A DNA stretch of 63,887 bases, filler included. It is 6 parts of 6 records of this genome, joined end to end, with 100 filler letters (N's around TTAATTAATTAA, not from the genome) between each part and the next. Parts side by side here need not be neighbours in the genome. Positions count along the whole stretch, not along the records: positions 1 to 15,564 come from SRR2962707_3639; 5 more parts are not named here. The stretch is one strand, 5' to 3'. Numbering within the stretch: the first letter of the stretch is position 1; each line of letters starts with the position of its first letter. Both the position numbers and the translations under genes were made by a program. Below, piece by piece: positions 1-14,000 of the stretch. The notes under the pieces were generated by a model that saw only the letters and a program-made list of their open reading frames with translations, was not told the DNA's origin and ran no database searches.

Positions 1-40
1 TCTCTCTCTTGAGACTCTCTAGAGACTCTCGCTCTCTCTT
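1..40. repeat. (TC)n-rich simple repeat at contig start
   Basis: tctctctctt...ctctcgctctctctt. Confidence 0.7.
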
Positions 41-94
41 AACCGTGCGCAGTAGAACAAGAAACAAACAGCGAAAGACTTGCAGTCTCGTCCA

Positions 95-1850
95 ATGAAC
101 GACTCATCACCCAGAGGAGGAGGAGGAAGAGGAGGTGGAGGAGGGAATGGCGCGACGGCCCGGTCTTCTTCTGCGCGTGAGGCCTGGAGCAGCCCAGCCG
201 CTCCGTTCTCCACTGCTGCGCCCCTCCCAGGAGTGCGCGAGCGTGTGCAGGCGAGCCAAGCAAGGCAGAGCAGCACGCAGCTGGCAATGGCGGCTGCTCA
301 AAACGGCCGGCTGTCTTCTGCCGCAGACCCTTCGCTGAGAAGGTTCGGAGTGGGCACTCAAGTCCTTCTTTGCGCGGTCGATGCTGACGGCAAGCGCCTG
401 CTACGCACGGCGGTTGTGCAGTTTGAGGGCAAGACTCGGTTTGCAAAGGGCGAGTGGGTGGGCGTCAGGCTCACTTGCGCAACTGGCAAGAACGATGGGG
501 CGGTGCAGGGGCAGCGCTACTTCCAATGCCGAGAAAATCACGGCGTGTTTGTGCGACCTCATATGGTAGTCGACCCGCGCAAGGACCCCGCGTTCAAAGC
601 GTTCTCGTGGGACGACCTGTTGGTGGCTGAAGTGAAAGGACGCGGTGTCATAACGATCGACGGAGATGAAGTTGCAGACAGTTTCGATTTGGCAGACGGT
701 GACAGTGGCGAAGTGTCCAAGGACCTCAGTGACATAGCAGCTACGATTGCGCGCCTGAGCTCACCAAGCAAGCTGTCCGGTGCAAGAAAAAATAACGCAA
801 AAACACGGTCCAAGTTGAGCGCCGGTGCTTCCCAGAGCGCTGTGCCCAAGTCTCGTCGGAGCGGGGAGAAACAGTCGTCTTCAACTTCAGTCCCAGCTGA
901 CTTTTTGTTTTTACAGCAACAAAACTTCTTGCGCAAGAGTCAGCAGGCTCGGGCTCGAAATGCCACCAACAATCGAAATGCAACCGAGAGTCCCGGGCGC
1001 GCAGCTCCAAGTGAGGAAGAACGGCGGAGGGCAGAAGATTTACTCCGTGACAGCAAGCGACTTTTGGACGAAGGCTTGCTCTCTGAAGAAGATTTTGAGG
1101 AGATCAAGCTTCGTGCATTGGGCGCGTTCTTATGGCAGCGTAGCGACGGCACCCCTGCTACCCCAGTGCTGCGAAGGTCAGAGAGTGCCGTTCCGCTACC
1201 TCTTGCAGGGCGAAGTTCACAAAAAAATGATTCCAACGCGCTTTCAAGAAGAAGCGAAGAGATATCTCGGGCATTGCGTGATGCCGAAGGCGCTGATTCT
1301 CAATCCGGCATTCGACCGCCTGGAACTGAAGGATGTTGCCCGATAGGTCACCCGCTGCAGCCGTACATGCCGCCAAAGAGTTTAATGGCACACTTTCCTG
1401 GCAATCGCATTCATTTTGCGGCCGACGGCACGGTGGCGCAGCAAGCTGCGTTGCAAGCAACGCGGCAGCACGTTCTTGCCTTCGGCGAGGACTACTCACG
1501 AGACTGGGACTTCATAACGCTGCCAAATTGCTCGTCTTGCGGCGCCGAGTTACATGGTGGCCAGGCAAGTTGTTTGCGGCATGATGGGTCGCTGTGCGTT
1601 GATCCTTGTTTTTTAGTGCTTCTGAAGAAAATGTTTTCTCCTACCTTGCTAGGCGTCTTTTCGTTGCCCCGAATGCACAGACGCATACCTGGAATGCAGC
1701 AGCTGCTACCACCACGGCTCGGCTCTCTGGTCGTTGGTACCAGTCGAAGTTCAGAGCCGCTTGCTGAAATTGGCGAACAGCAAGCGTGATCAAGCAGTGG
1801 TTAGAGAGTTGCTTCAAGTCCCGGTGCAGCATCGTCGTTCTCATAGGTGA
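95..1850 (+). CDS. CAP-Gly domain protein with SHOCT-like segment and C-terminal Cys/His zinc finger; exons 95-1564 and 1653-1850
   Basis: CAP-Gly motif (GEWVGVRL...GKNDGAVQGQRYFQC...GVFVRP). SHOCT-like LLRDSKRLLDEGLLSEEDFEEIKLRAL at ~1040-1120. Splicing AG|GCAAGT...CTAG (1565-1652) gives CSSC..ASFRCPECTDAYLECSSCYHH, ending at TGA 1848-1850. Confidence 0.8.
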
Positions 1851-2097
1851 AGGTAAAGGCGACGTTCTCACGGGGATTGATCTAACACGGACTGCCCAAC
1901 CTTCAACAACCACAGGAAATGAGTGAACTTGCTGCAAGGGGACACACACGTTTCACGTGGCCCTTGTTGTGTGAATTGAAATGGATCAATAATAACTATA
2001 AATTAACTGCACAACGACTCAAAAGTCAAGACACGGCAACTGGGTGTCACTTTCTTGGCAGAAAGGATGCAGCGGTGGTGCTTCTATTGCTGTCAGC

Positions 2098-5000
2098 TCA
2101 GTCATCCAGGGTTGTTAGCAGGGCAACACCACGTTCAATCCAAACTTGCTCTGGCTTGTCAGTGGGAATATACATCCACATCACAAAGTTCGATGAATGC
2201 CCGGTCGTTGCCAGCACACCCCGCCGGTCACTGGTTTTGTAGATTGGGCAGTTGTACACCCCCGTTTTCTTTTCGTTGTCGTCTTGCTTGGGTTTTAGCC
2301 AGATAATTGGGGCAGCAGAAAAAAGCACCTTTGGCAATGGGTCTGCGAGGACGTAGTTCTCCATATCCCACCGAGCACAATCAAAGAAAAGGCCATTGAT
2401 GTAGGCGCCGTCGTCTGGTGCAGCACTGTAAGTGGGTTCGCGCATGACCTCGAAGTCATAGATCACCTGATCGATGGGAACCGTGTACTTGCGCGCAAAG
2501 TTTTGCATCACGCCTGTCAAGAACGCCTGCGTAAAGAAGAAGCCCGACACCCAGAACACAGGTGGGCGGTCGTTCTCAAACCAATTCCGCAAGAACTCGA
2601 TGCGGAGCAAAAAGTCCGAGAAGTAGCCAGCTAGCGGCTTCAGTGAAGGGTAACTCTTTTGGCGCCACAGCTCTGGAACACGCCCAAAGAACACTGAATA
2701 TCCCATTTTCTCTAGCTCATCTGACATCACCACTTGTCCAGCAATAGCCTTGATCAAAGTAGCACAAGTGGAGCGGATGCGATTCAACAGACCGTTGAAT
2801 CTCTGCAGCTCTTGAACAAGCACGGTGTTCATCGACTGAGCCCAGTTAATCGGGAACTTGAGTTGTGCTTGCTCAATGTCAAAGTTGGCTGGGAGACGCT
2901 CAAGGAGCGAAGTTGCCACCTCGTCGATAACTTGGTCCTGCGTTTTGCCATCGCCACCCCCGCCGCCGCTCGTATTGGCCTGGGTCAGCAAAATCGAGGC
3001 AAACATTTTGTTTGTCTCGTTTTGATCTTTGGTGATGTTGGCGTTGTCGTGCATACCAAATACCTCAGGGTCTGTGGTCAAGGGAAGCTCCTGAATTTGC
3101 TTAATATACTGCGCATGCGTTCCGTCTTCCGGCATCACATACTCGCCTGATGACGAGAGTGGGGCACCGTTTTCGAGTAGGGAAGCGTTATAAAATCGGG
3201 ATAGAATGACCAAAAGGCAACGACGGTCCTTGTCGTCGGTGACGCGACCTCCATAGTTGCATTCGCCGAAACAGTACTGAAGCGCTGCAAACGGAATGGG
3301 CGAGCCTTCCGGCGTATTGTTCAGGAAAATGCTTAACTGCTGCACCGAAATCCGGCGGTCGGAATCATTGTATTCGTACGGAATATTCCAGCCAAGGGCA
3401 CCAAACTTCAAGCGCTCCTGAATGATCGCGTGGAAGAAGCACAAGGAGTACACGAGCTTGCGGAATCGCACTGCCATGGGTTTCGACGCAACTCCCTCAA
3501 AAAAGTCAGGATCAGAAATGGGGTCTTGGGTGTAGGAACCAAGCAAGTTCGCTTTTAGTCCCTTCGGGGGTTCATTCGTCATTTTTACACCATTCTGCAG
3601 AATCGTGACAGGGAACTTGTCGGAGGGGTACGTGGTTAACCACAGACGAAACTTGCTATCAGTGTTGTCGCGTGTGATTCCTTCCACAATGCGCTCGAGG
3701 TCGGGCATCCATGATACAGCAAGATGACAGTTTTGCAACACCACCCACGTTCCGTTCTGTCGGCCGGACGTGATCATTTGCTCTGCTCGCTCACCTTGGC
3801 CCTGTCCAAGCGAAATCGAAGCAAATTTGACTTTTCGATCGTTCGCAAACTTCAGCAGTGATGCCATTGGATCAGAACCTGGGCTAAGAATGAATACCAG
3901 TGGAGCAACGACTGAAGAGTCATCGTAACATGACTTGAGGTCAAACGGAGGTGGCTCAACAAACTCTTTTCCAAGTTTGTAGACCACAAAGTCTTGGATT
4001 GCCAGCACAACCTTATCCGGGCGAATGCAACGCAAAACAGCCAAGCGCTGGAACGGCTGCAACTTGTCGTGCCACGGGGCGGGCAACGGCTCATTTTGTG
4101 CATCGGATCGGTCGTAGAGGACCTTCCATTGTTCAGTGTTCGCGGCAAAGTGATCAGACAGCCCAGAAAATGCAGCAAGATCAGAAAGGCGACACACTTC
4201 TCCCCAAGACTTGTCCGACAGCCATTCTGTAGGGTTGGGTTTGCCACCGGGCACAGCAACACCACCTGTCAGCAAGAAGTAGAAGGTAGGGGCGTCCAAC
4301 TCACCGGCGCCATCCATAATCTTTTTGCACAGTAGGAATGAAAAGAGAAGCTTGTCCTTCTCCAACAAGGAACGGCAGATGTTGACATACAAGGAGAAGG
4401 TGAAGTAGTCATTCAAGGCCCCAAGTCTCTGGCCGAGATTCTTGCTCTTTGCTGAATTCTTGATGGCCAGAATGAACAGATTGACAAACCAGTCCAATGA
4501 GTATTGGTACACCGGTTCAATGTTGGCAAGGTCGGAGATGCAAAAGAACAGTAACTGGGCACGGAACGCCACAGGTTTGTAGCCCTTTCGGACACTGTCA
4601 ATGGTGGCTTCTGTTTCCGCTGCGATGACTTGCTTGGCAGCAATATCGTTGGCAATTACTTTGGACTCCTTCAGGGCTTCAATAGCAGCAGAGTCTTCAA
4701 GGATATTGCCAGACGACGAGCCTAGAATGAAAAGAATTTTGTCTTCTACCTCCTTGAGAATTCGGTTGTTCTTGGCACTTTCTAGAATCAGCTCATTCTT
4801 TTGGGCCTCCAGATCCGGGCGCTCTTCACGCACCACCACCCCCAACAACTGATCTTCCAGCCCAGACGGGGTAATCATGAAGTTTAACAGTGTCACTTTG
4901 ACCGCCACTTCTGGCAAGTAGTGAGGGTTGCGTAACTTGGTTGTCATGTAGAATCGGAACGAATCCGAATATTCGATGTTGGCGTCACCCAAGCGAATCT

Positions 5001-8000
5001 GCATCACTCCACCCTGCTTGAACACTAACTTCAACAACAAAGGCTCAAGTGAAGGGTCCAAGGTTTCTCCAATATTCTCCAGCAGCACAGGCTGGCCAAA
5101 TTGAATGGCATTCTCCAGCGTGCGAAGGTAAGATGAATCACTCAGCTTGATGATGTTGAGGCCATTGTCCCCCTCCATGTTTCTTACCCACTTATTAGCT
5201 TGGCCCTGTGGGTCAATCATCAACGGCCACCGACGTGCGTTAAAGACGATGATGCCATTATCTACGGAGAAAGAGTCTGTAGGAAGACCCTGAATATTCC
5301 AGTCACGAATCAACACACTATCACCGAGGGTCGCTGCCAGAGAAACATTTTCTGAGCACGGAACTGCAAATGTTCCACAACGTTCGACCCAGCGCCCCAC
5401 CATTTCTTCACGATACTGCGATGTGAACGGGCCCAAGTATGCCATGATACCAGCAGAAATCAGCACGTCGCCTGTTTGCTTGATGTACAACTCACCAAGG
5501 TCGTGTGCATATTGTGACCAGCGGGACTTTTCCCCGCCAAGCGATTCTATCAGCTGCTTGGCACGAATAAGCTTTTCGCCGCAAAGCTTCACCTCGGCCT
5601 CGAGATCTGCCTTTTTGCGGTTTGCAGCCTCGAATGCATCTTGCAAACCCTGGAACTCAGCCTCAACCTTCGCAAGAGCTGCCTGCTTGAGCCCCAGCTC
5701 ACCCATGACGACCGCCAGTTCTGCTTCAGACTGCTTCAACTTTGCCTTCTTGGGAGCAACAACCTTTGCCACGCGGTCGTAAGCCTCCATCGCTAATGTC
5801 CAACGGCAGAGTCCGGCGCAGGCAGCGCTCGACTTTTCCGCCTTTTCTGGGGTAAAGTCTGGGTTAGTGCAGTACGTTTCACGGATAGTGTTGATGATTT
5901 TCGGCTCAATGTTGTCCTTGTCGTAGTCGATGAGGCTCTGCAGGAAGCCGTTACGAGCCAGCAGCTTCTTGGAGGGGCCCCAGAAGTCTTTAACCTTTTT
6001 TGTTCCACCCTCAGGATCTTTGACGAGGTCCGGCGCGACTCCACACATGACGCACACTGCTTCCATGACAAGACGCACACCTGCGGGCGGCTTTGCAAGC
6101 GACTTGACTTCGCCAATATCCTTCGGTTTCAACGTATTGAGAGAGGCAATGGCGGCATTCAGGATAGGGATAGCCTCGGCAAGATCAGCCTCGCACTCGG
6201 CCTTCATTGCAGCACATACATCGGCCTCTTTTTGCGCGGCCGCGGCCTCCAATCCAACCTGCTCCTGCTGTGCTTTGACACCGGGCAGTTTTTGCTCAAT
6301 CTCTTTCATTAGTTGATTCGTCTCCTCTTGCGACTTCGCCAGCACTGGTTGCAGATCAGTCAGCTGCTTCTGCATGTCTTTGACGTTAGACGCAGCGAAC
6401 TCCAGCTTCTCGAGACCAACCTCGTAACGCTTTTTCTTGGCTAGAATGACTTCGCGGCACTTTTCCAACGAAAGCTGATATGCTTTGATCAGCTCCAGGT
6501 AGGACGTTGGCGTGACATAGTTGTTGCGGCGCAATTGTTTGAGGAACCGAGCTGACAGCGCGCGCGTGTCATTATGGAATTCGGAGCAGAGAGTGACACA
6601 AGCTGCTTGTGTCTCTTCGGAGTCAAACTTGATTTGAGACAAAAATTTCTCTGCAACAGCCACCAAAGCATCAGATGGCCACTCACGGAACCAATCAATG
6701 GTGCAGCAGTTAATCAGAGACGGGAACTTCCGCATGCGCTGCCGGAATCCGTCACCAATTGGTGAGAACGCCAGCACAACGTGCAAGCAGCGCTTGACAC
6801 GCTTCACAAAGAAAGCATACAGATCCTGTGGACTCATATCGTCTGCTGCTTTGCCATGCTCTTCCTTTGCATATTTGCGAACTGCGTCGGTAATTTCAGC
6901 CTTCTCGTCTGGCGGGAAGATGTTTGGTACTTCTCCGCTGTTGAGGACGTTATTGATATCCTCAACAAAACCCTCATTTTTAATTTGGGCATCTGAGAAA
7001 AGGAACACCATTTGCTTTGAGCCGTGTCCAGCGCCCCGCAACACCTTCTTGATGTCTTCACGCCATTCAAATTGGCCGTACGTTTTGCTGATCTCAATCT
7101 GGAAAATGTCGTAATCAGCAATGGATGCGGCGAGTCGCGTAAGCGATTGACGGCCTGAACCACCCACACCAACTAGCAAATAGTTTCCTCCAGGCATCTT
7201 GAGCACGCGAATAATGCGGGCTAAGTGCTCAATTGCAAACTGGAACATGACAAGATCCATTTTATTACGTGTCATGGAGTTGTATTCTTCCAGGTAGGCG
7301 TTCACACTTGCGCTTAATGCTGCCATGTCAGAAATTTCAGAGTAAATGGGGTTGGAACTTTCAGGATCGAGGAAGTCGCCAAAGAATAAACTGCGCAGCG
7401 TGTTAGAGCCGAACTGCTCTCCTTGGGGCACCAACTCCTTGCACAAATCCGCAGCCGCGAGTCCAAACGTGCGCTTAAGCACGCCTGCTAGCTCAGCAGT
7501 AAACATCTCTTGATCTGCATCGTCGATCAAGCGGTCACCGAACACGCGACCACACTCATGTAGCCACAACCGTGCCAAACATTTCCCATCAAAGTCCGGA
7601 TAAGGTTCAACCATGGTAATGCCCTGCACGACACGGGCCATGTCTCGTAGGTTGAACACGTAGTGAGATTTGGCTGGGGTGGGCAGCAACTTCTCCCGTG
7701 CCACTTGAAACACTGCCAATGTGGCTGGCACAACGGACCGCGCCACATTTGCGATCGATGCCGCAAACTTGCGCCCAGATGTCTTAAAGTACCAATCTAT
7801 AATTGTTGAGAAGATGCGAACCATTGTGTCGTCGCTGAACTCTGGGGTTGAGATGAGGCTGAAATGGCGGAGCATGCGCGGTGTGATGTTGTTTCGACCG
7901 CCACCTGCAGGACCCATTGCAGCAATGACGCAAGTGTCTATAATGGTTCGGAATGGGCGGCTCTTTTCGTCCAAATCATACCAACCACCATTGGCCAATA

Positions 8001-11000
8001 ATTGGCGAACAAGCTCAACTGGCGGCTGTGCGCCGTACTCTTCGACTTCAGGCATGTTGAAATCGTCAATGAAGATAACAGCTTTCATTCCAAGGGGAGG
8101 GCCGTACACACCTTTGCGTCGCTTATCCACTTTCGAGTCAACAATGTGCTGCACTTGATTACAGGTCGTTTTAGCCGACATGCCCACATCGATCGATTGG
8201 TACTTTGCTCGATCAAGGCCACTTAGCAACTTCATAGTGTAGGCCGACTTACCAGTGCCAGTCACGCCACACACAAGAACTGGCTTGTCATGGAAAACCA
8301 GGAGCTGAAGGTTGTAGTAAAAGGATGCGGTGTCAGGTGTATCGACAATGATGTTGGAGAATTGAGCATCAGGTGCAATTTCAGTCTTTTTCAGAGTATC
8401 CGTCCACTGCATAAAGGCTGTCGCTGCAGGGTTCAGCACGTACTGGTAGACCACACCATCCGCCGGGAACGGAACCAACACCTTGTACCCACCTGCCGCT
8501 TTGGCAGGGATCTCATAGCCGCGCGCAAGAAGATTGCGGCCGACAGCCGGATACTCATCTGCAATGAACGCGTTGTCATCTGACAACAAACGTCGCAGAA
8601 AGGCGTCAAATTGTAGACGGCCCTGCTCATTGCAGGAGCTGCCGATGGACCACACGAGCCCGTACAAGAAGATCCCTTCTAGCACCTTTAGGTCCTGCAG
8701 TGCTTGAGGTTGGGAAGACCGCTCTCCCTGAGTGACATCAGACTTGTACCACACATAGTTGTCCAACAATGCCTCAATGTTGCGCACGAGTCCTTGAACA
8801 AGGAATTGATCCAAAGTAGGGCTAACTTCTTTCAGACACTTTCGAAGAAATGCCAACAAGGGATCAACGAGCCACTCGCACAAGAACTCAATGTGCAGCT
8901 TCTGCTGCGCATTCAGCACGAAGCTAGGCCCGCCTTTCGGGGTCCCACCTTCGGCATCTTCGGCCCCGAGTGCTTCCCAACGCCGCGCATATTGGTCATC
9001 ATCCAACTCTGCATAGATTTCGAACCATGATTCCAGCAATGGGCGCCAGCCCAACTCATGGGGCTCCATGTAAATCATGCCACATCGACTGACTGTCGCA
9101 GGTGATGCCACTTCAAGGTCCATGGGCTCAAACATCATTGACATGGGGTCAGTCATAGCAATGATCTCGCCAGACATGAGGCACAACTTCTTGTTGTCAT
9201 CCAGCACTGTATTCATGTTCTCGATCCAAATTGCGTCAACTGGACCATCAAATAGCACCCATTTGCGATCTGAGTCCACTGGTGGCGGAAGACCAGGTGC
9301 CGACACCTTGTTTACAGCGCAGTTCCGGTAGTAAATTGGGATGATTCCATCTGTCCATTCGTGCGTGACAGCATCAAACTGACCGTACAATTGTCCCATG
9401 GTAACAGACTTGGGGTTGACCACCACAGGGTATACATTGCACCAGCGTTTGTCCTCGGGGTACCATTCGTGAAGGTACTGCAACATTTTCCTCAGGACTT
9501 TCCAACCACTGGTCTTTCCGGCGAAAGGAAGTCCAACAATCATAAAGCCATGACGCACGACAAGCATTTCGTAAATCTGCATAACCTTTTTCAAAAATGG
9601 AGCAGACGGCTGGAGGCCCAAGTCAGCGCAGCCCATGCGGATGGCTTTGTCCATAGCTCCACGATCCATCGACGGAATCTCCACGCCAGGGAACAAGTCA
9701 GACACGATTCCATTGAAGAGGGGAATGTCATGGGACAAAAATTTGGCCAAGTTCACGTCAAGAATGGCGCGAAGCATTAAAACATCCTCATCCGTCGTCG
9801 GTTGGCCCGTCTCGAGGGCGCGACTACTGTCGGCCAATTTCAAGTTGGCCGCAGCGCGTAGAACGGCCATGACAGCGCGCATCCCGTAATCGTAGTGCTT
9901 TTGAGAGGACAGCTGCTCCGAACACAACTTGTACGTGGCTACAATTTTCACAGAGAGAGACTTGCCCTTCTCGTATCCCATAGAGTAAAGCATGATCTCG
10001 GCAATCATGCCATAGTCTGGAACCATCATTGCCACTGTGCGGAAGAGTGCCTTGAGATTGTCTGGCAAGTCAGAACGTCCGGCATAGCCAGGATTCATGG
10101 TAATGTACACATTCGCTGTTCGGCGCAAACCGAGGTGCGTGCCTTCAAAAAAGAATTCGTCCTGCTCCGCAATCTTCGCACGCTGAATCGTAAGGATTTG
10201 CTGGGCTACCACTGAGAGCACCTCTAGCTCAATACGGTTGAATTCGTCGAAGCAGGCCCACGCGCCAGCTGAGGCAAGCCCCTTAAAGAACTTGGCCATG
10301 GCTCGGAAGTCTAGGCCATCAGAACAATTGAACACGACGCAAAGCATGGCAAGAGTTTTTGCAAGGTCCTTCACCGTCTCAGTTTTGCCGGTTCCGGCTG
10401 GACCTTCAGGGGCACCACCAAAGTTCAGGGCAATTGCACCCATCATGGTGCGGTAGCATCGGTCTGTAAGAGGAGTGATGACAAGCCGCATGGACAGCCC
10501 GAGGTATTCATAGGCGTATTTGATGGTTGAAGTGATCATCTTGCACTCCAAACTGCCAGGATCGCCAGTTGTAGCAGATGGACCCCCGGGGATCCAGTAG
10601 TAGCGCATTTGAGAAAGCCAGGCAAATTCTTCTTGGCTCCTGACTCCTTCCTCGATCATGTCCTGGACCACCGACTGGTTGTGCACATCGATCACACAAA
10701 GCGCTCCGACTGCTTTTCGGACAATTTTGGGGATCTTGGCACGCACCATATCCACCACATCAAGCAGATTGGCCTGCATCTTGTCGTAAACGGCTTTTAG
10801 TTGACCTTCAGGAAGAGCTTTCTCTACATCATGTGTCCAAACCTTCATAGCCGTCGCCAGTACCACCATGCCAGGATTTTCTTTCAACCATGTTGTGCGC
10901 ACAGATTTTTCGTAGACCTCCATGGAGCAGTCGGTAGCGTAGGCGACTGCTTTCCGCATCACGGTCTCCACTTCCAGAAGCCAGCGTTCAACAAGGCCCC

Positions 11001-14000
11001 GAGCATCGTTGGGATTCACAACTGCGTGGTCGTAGTGCTCATACAAAAATTCAACTTCTTCGCCCTCCTTCGACACCATGCCCAGAATGTTGAGATCCGC
11101 GTCAAAGTTGAGCTTGTTGATACCCTCGAAACACTTCTTAAGGTGAGGCTGGACACGCCGTGGGTCCTTGGTCTCAGCCAAAATCTCAAGAAGCTCGTCG
11201 TTCGAGAGGAAGAAGAAACGAGGGAAAAAGAGGCGCTTAGTTTCGAGGTAGTCGTTTAGTCCTTTCTGGATGAGGTCAAGGAGCACGTTGGCCTCTTTCA
11301 GGCGCTCCACAAGGCCCTCGGTCTTTGCGACTTCAGTCACTTTCGGGTCAGCTGCTGTTGCAGCCATGGACTCACGCCATGTACCATCAACGATTTTAAA
11401 ACGCTCATTCTCCGCAGGCATTTGCTTTTGAATGTCATCTGACGAAAAAATCGGTTCGAGATACAGCCAGGTTCCCTGCACCTTGAGCCAATTCTCAATA
11501 ATCTCCTCGACGTTGCGGAGTAGCTTTTCCCACGCTGAAGCTCTGTCCGCGAATGGCTTGATATACCGTGAAGAACGCATGGCTTGAATCTTCACCACTT
11601 GGTCATCCAGCAGTTGCTGCACCTCATCAATCTCTGCCAGGATGTACGTACCCGTCTCACGATAAGGCTTGCAAGTGAAGTCAACCGAATCCCACTCTGC
11701 TTCCATGTTGATGAGCGCCTTCTCCAAAGAGAATTCCTTGACAGCCGTGATGCACGTTTCCTCGATTTGTTCCGCGTAGTGTTCCAAGTGAAAGTCAGTG
11801 ATGTCAAAAAGCGACAACTGTGGCGTCCGCTCAATATCGAGGCCAGTAATTTTGTTGATGTCTTCCCAGTGCCGATCCTTGAGACCGGGTGTGCAAATAA
11901 GTGTCATCAATGGGATCATCTCCATTAAGAACGTTTTGAGCTCTCCCGAAATCGACGAGGCAACCGACGCCGGTTGCTTCATTTTCAGTTTATCGAAGTT
12001 CTTCTTCAACTTGAGGATGCTGCGTCGAAGGTTATCCGCTGTAGAGTCAGCTGCCTCAGCATCAATAGTGTTCAGCGGGTGATTCATCCATTGGTCCATT
12101 GCCGTCGAGTACTCACTCACCAAAGTCCACAGCTGATCCAGAGGTTCAAGCTTGTTCTGCATTTCTTGGAGTTGTTCCTCGTAGTCGGTCGCTCCCTCAT
12201 CGATTTGCAGTTCATTTTCTTGGGCATTGACGCGCTCAGCCTCGAAGACGGCTTCTGTGAGCAGGTTCCGAAGATTGGTGACCATCTCGAGCGACGTGTG
12301 CACCGATTCAGTCGAGTAGTCTTGTTGGTTGACAAGCTTCGTAAGCTTTCGTTCCATGTCCTTCAGCTCTTCTCGGAACGTGTCTTTGCGAAGCTTCAGT
12401 ACTGCCAAAAGCTCGTCCCGACGAGCGTCCTGCATGCGCTTTGAGGCATCAAAAAAGTCTTTGATTTTATTCGGCCACTCAAGCACTTTCATTAAAAGGC
12501 GCGTGTCGTCGTTGTAGATGTGTGCTCCATTTTCGACCCCGGTGACACGACCGTGCACGAAAACAAACTTCGTGCAAGCAAACACCTCGGTATGAATTTG
12601 CTTTTGAAGCTTGGCCATGATATCATCGCATTTCGCCCAGTAATCTTGAAGCTCTTGCAGCTTGGCCGAGTCATCCGGATTTGAAAGAAGAATTTGTTGC
12701 ATCTTGTCAAACTCCTCGCAGACAGCCTTCATCTGAGCCCGGTTGTGATCCACAATCGTGCTCAAGAGCCGATCGGAAAACCTAAGTTGGAGCGCCGCGT
12801 GAAAAAAAAATAAGCTATAAGATGTTGACCAGGACACGGACTCTCCAGCAAGCACGCACGCACGCTTTTTTTAAATTCAGAAAAAAGCAGGAAGCCATGA
12901 ACAGTATACACACCCGTTGGCACGGCTCACGATTTGATCGATTATGTCAGTGCAATCCACCACAAATACTGGAAGGGTCACGGAGGGGACAAGCGTCGCT
13001 CGCGCGCGTTCAGCAAGTTCCTGGTACCGTTGCACTTCCTTCGCGAATTTGGCCAATGTGCGTTTGGTGGTACCTGGGCCCGTGCCTGCAGCAAGCGTAT
13101 CGTCCACAAGTTTTTGGCAAGCACGCTCCTCAACGCCATTGAAAAGGTCTGCAAACGGCGCAAGTGCTGAAAGACAGCCTTCAGCGGCCGGCCGGACATC
13201 CTCACACACCGCACGGAGACTGTCTTTTGCATTGAGCACGATGCTGTCACTGCTTTGCACACGGCATGCTTGAAGGAAAGGTTGTTTCGGGTCAGCTTTG
13301 GGTCGCACAAGGAGCTCAATGGACGGAAAGTTTTTGTCCGCGTCGGTGATGTCCTCCACGCATTTCTCGAGTGCACGAGCAACCTCCTGAACAGGCGGGT
13401 CGAGCTCAAACGCGTCGACGCCTTCTGCTCCTTCCGCTGTATCACTTACTCGAATACTAACAAGAAGGACAGGCTGGCCACGGTCGCGCTTGTGACTCAT
13501 GAATTGCACAAGATCTTGAACAGAGGCTTCGACAATCTCGCGGAGCTGGCGGGACATTAGAACGTTGGCAGAACGCAAAGAAACGTCTTCTGCAGCAGTG
13601 AACTCTTTTTCCTCGCGAGCCAATTCAGCTACAGTGCGCCCTGCAGAACCAGTGGCGCCAAACAAGTTAAACTGAAGCGCTTCCTTGTAGTACTTGAGGT
13701 GTTGCGTTAGGATGAACCCAGACGCGACAAGCCACGAGGTTTTCAACGTGGAGCGTACTCGAGTAATTTCTTGCAGTAGACGCTGTCCAAACGCGGGGAC
13801 AAGGTGTGGAAGGCCCTGTTGGAATTCCCGGTCACTCTCGAAGTTTGTGAATCTGTTGTCACACAAGCGTAGGCCGCCAACGCGGCTCAACCACAGCTGT
13901 TGCAAGCGACCCATCGCAGAGCCCAGAGTGTTGAAAATGGACCAAATTTTCTCTTTGCTCGCCAAAATAGCCTTCTCCTCGATGCCAGTCTGGCGAAGAA

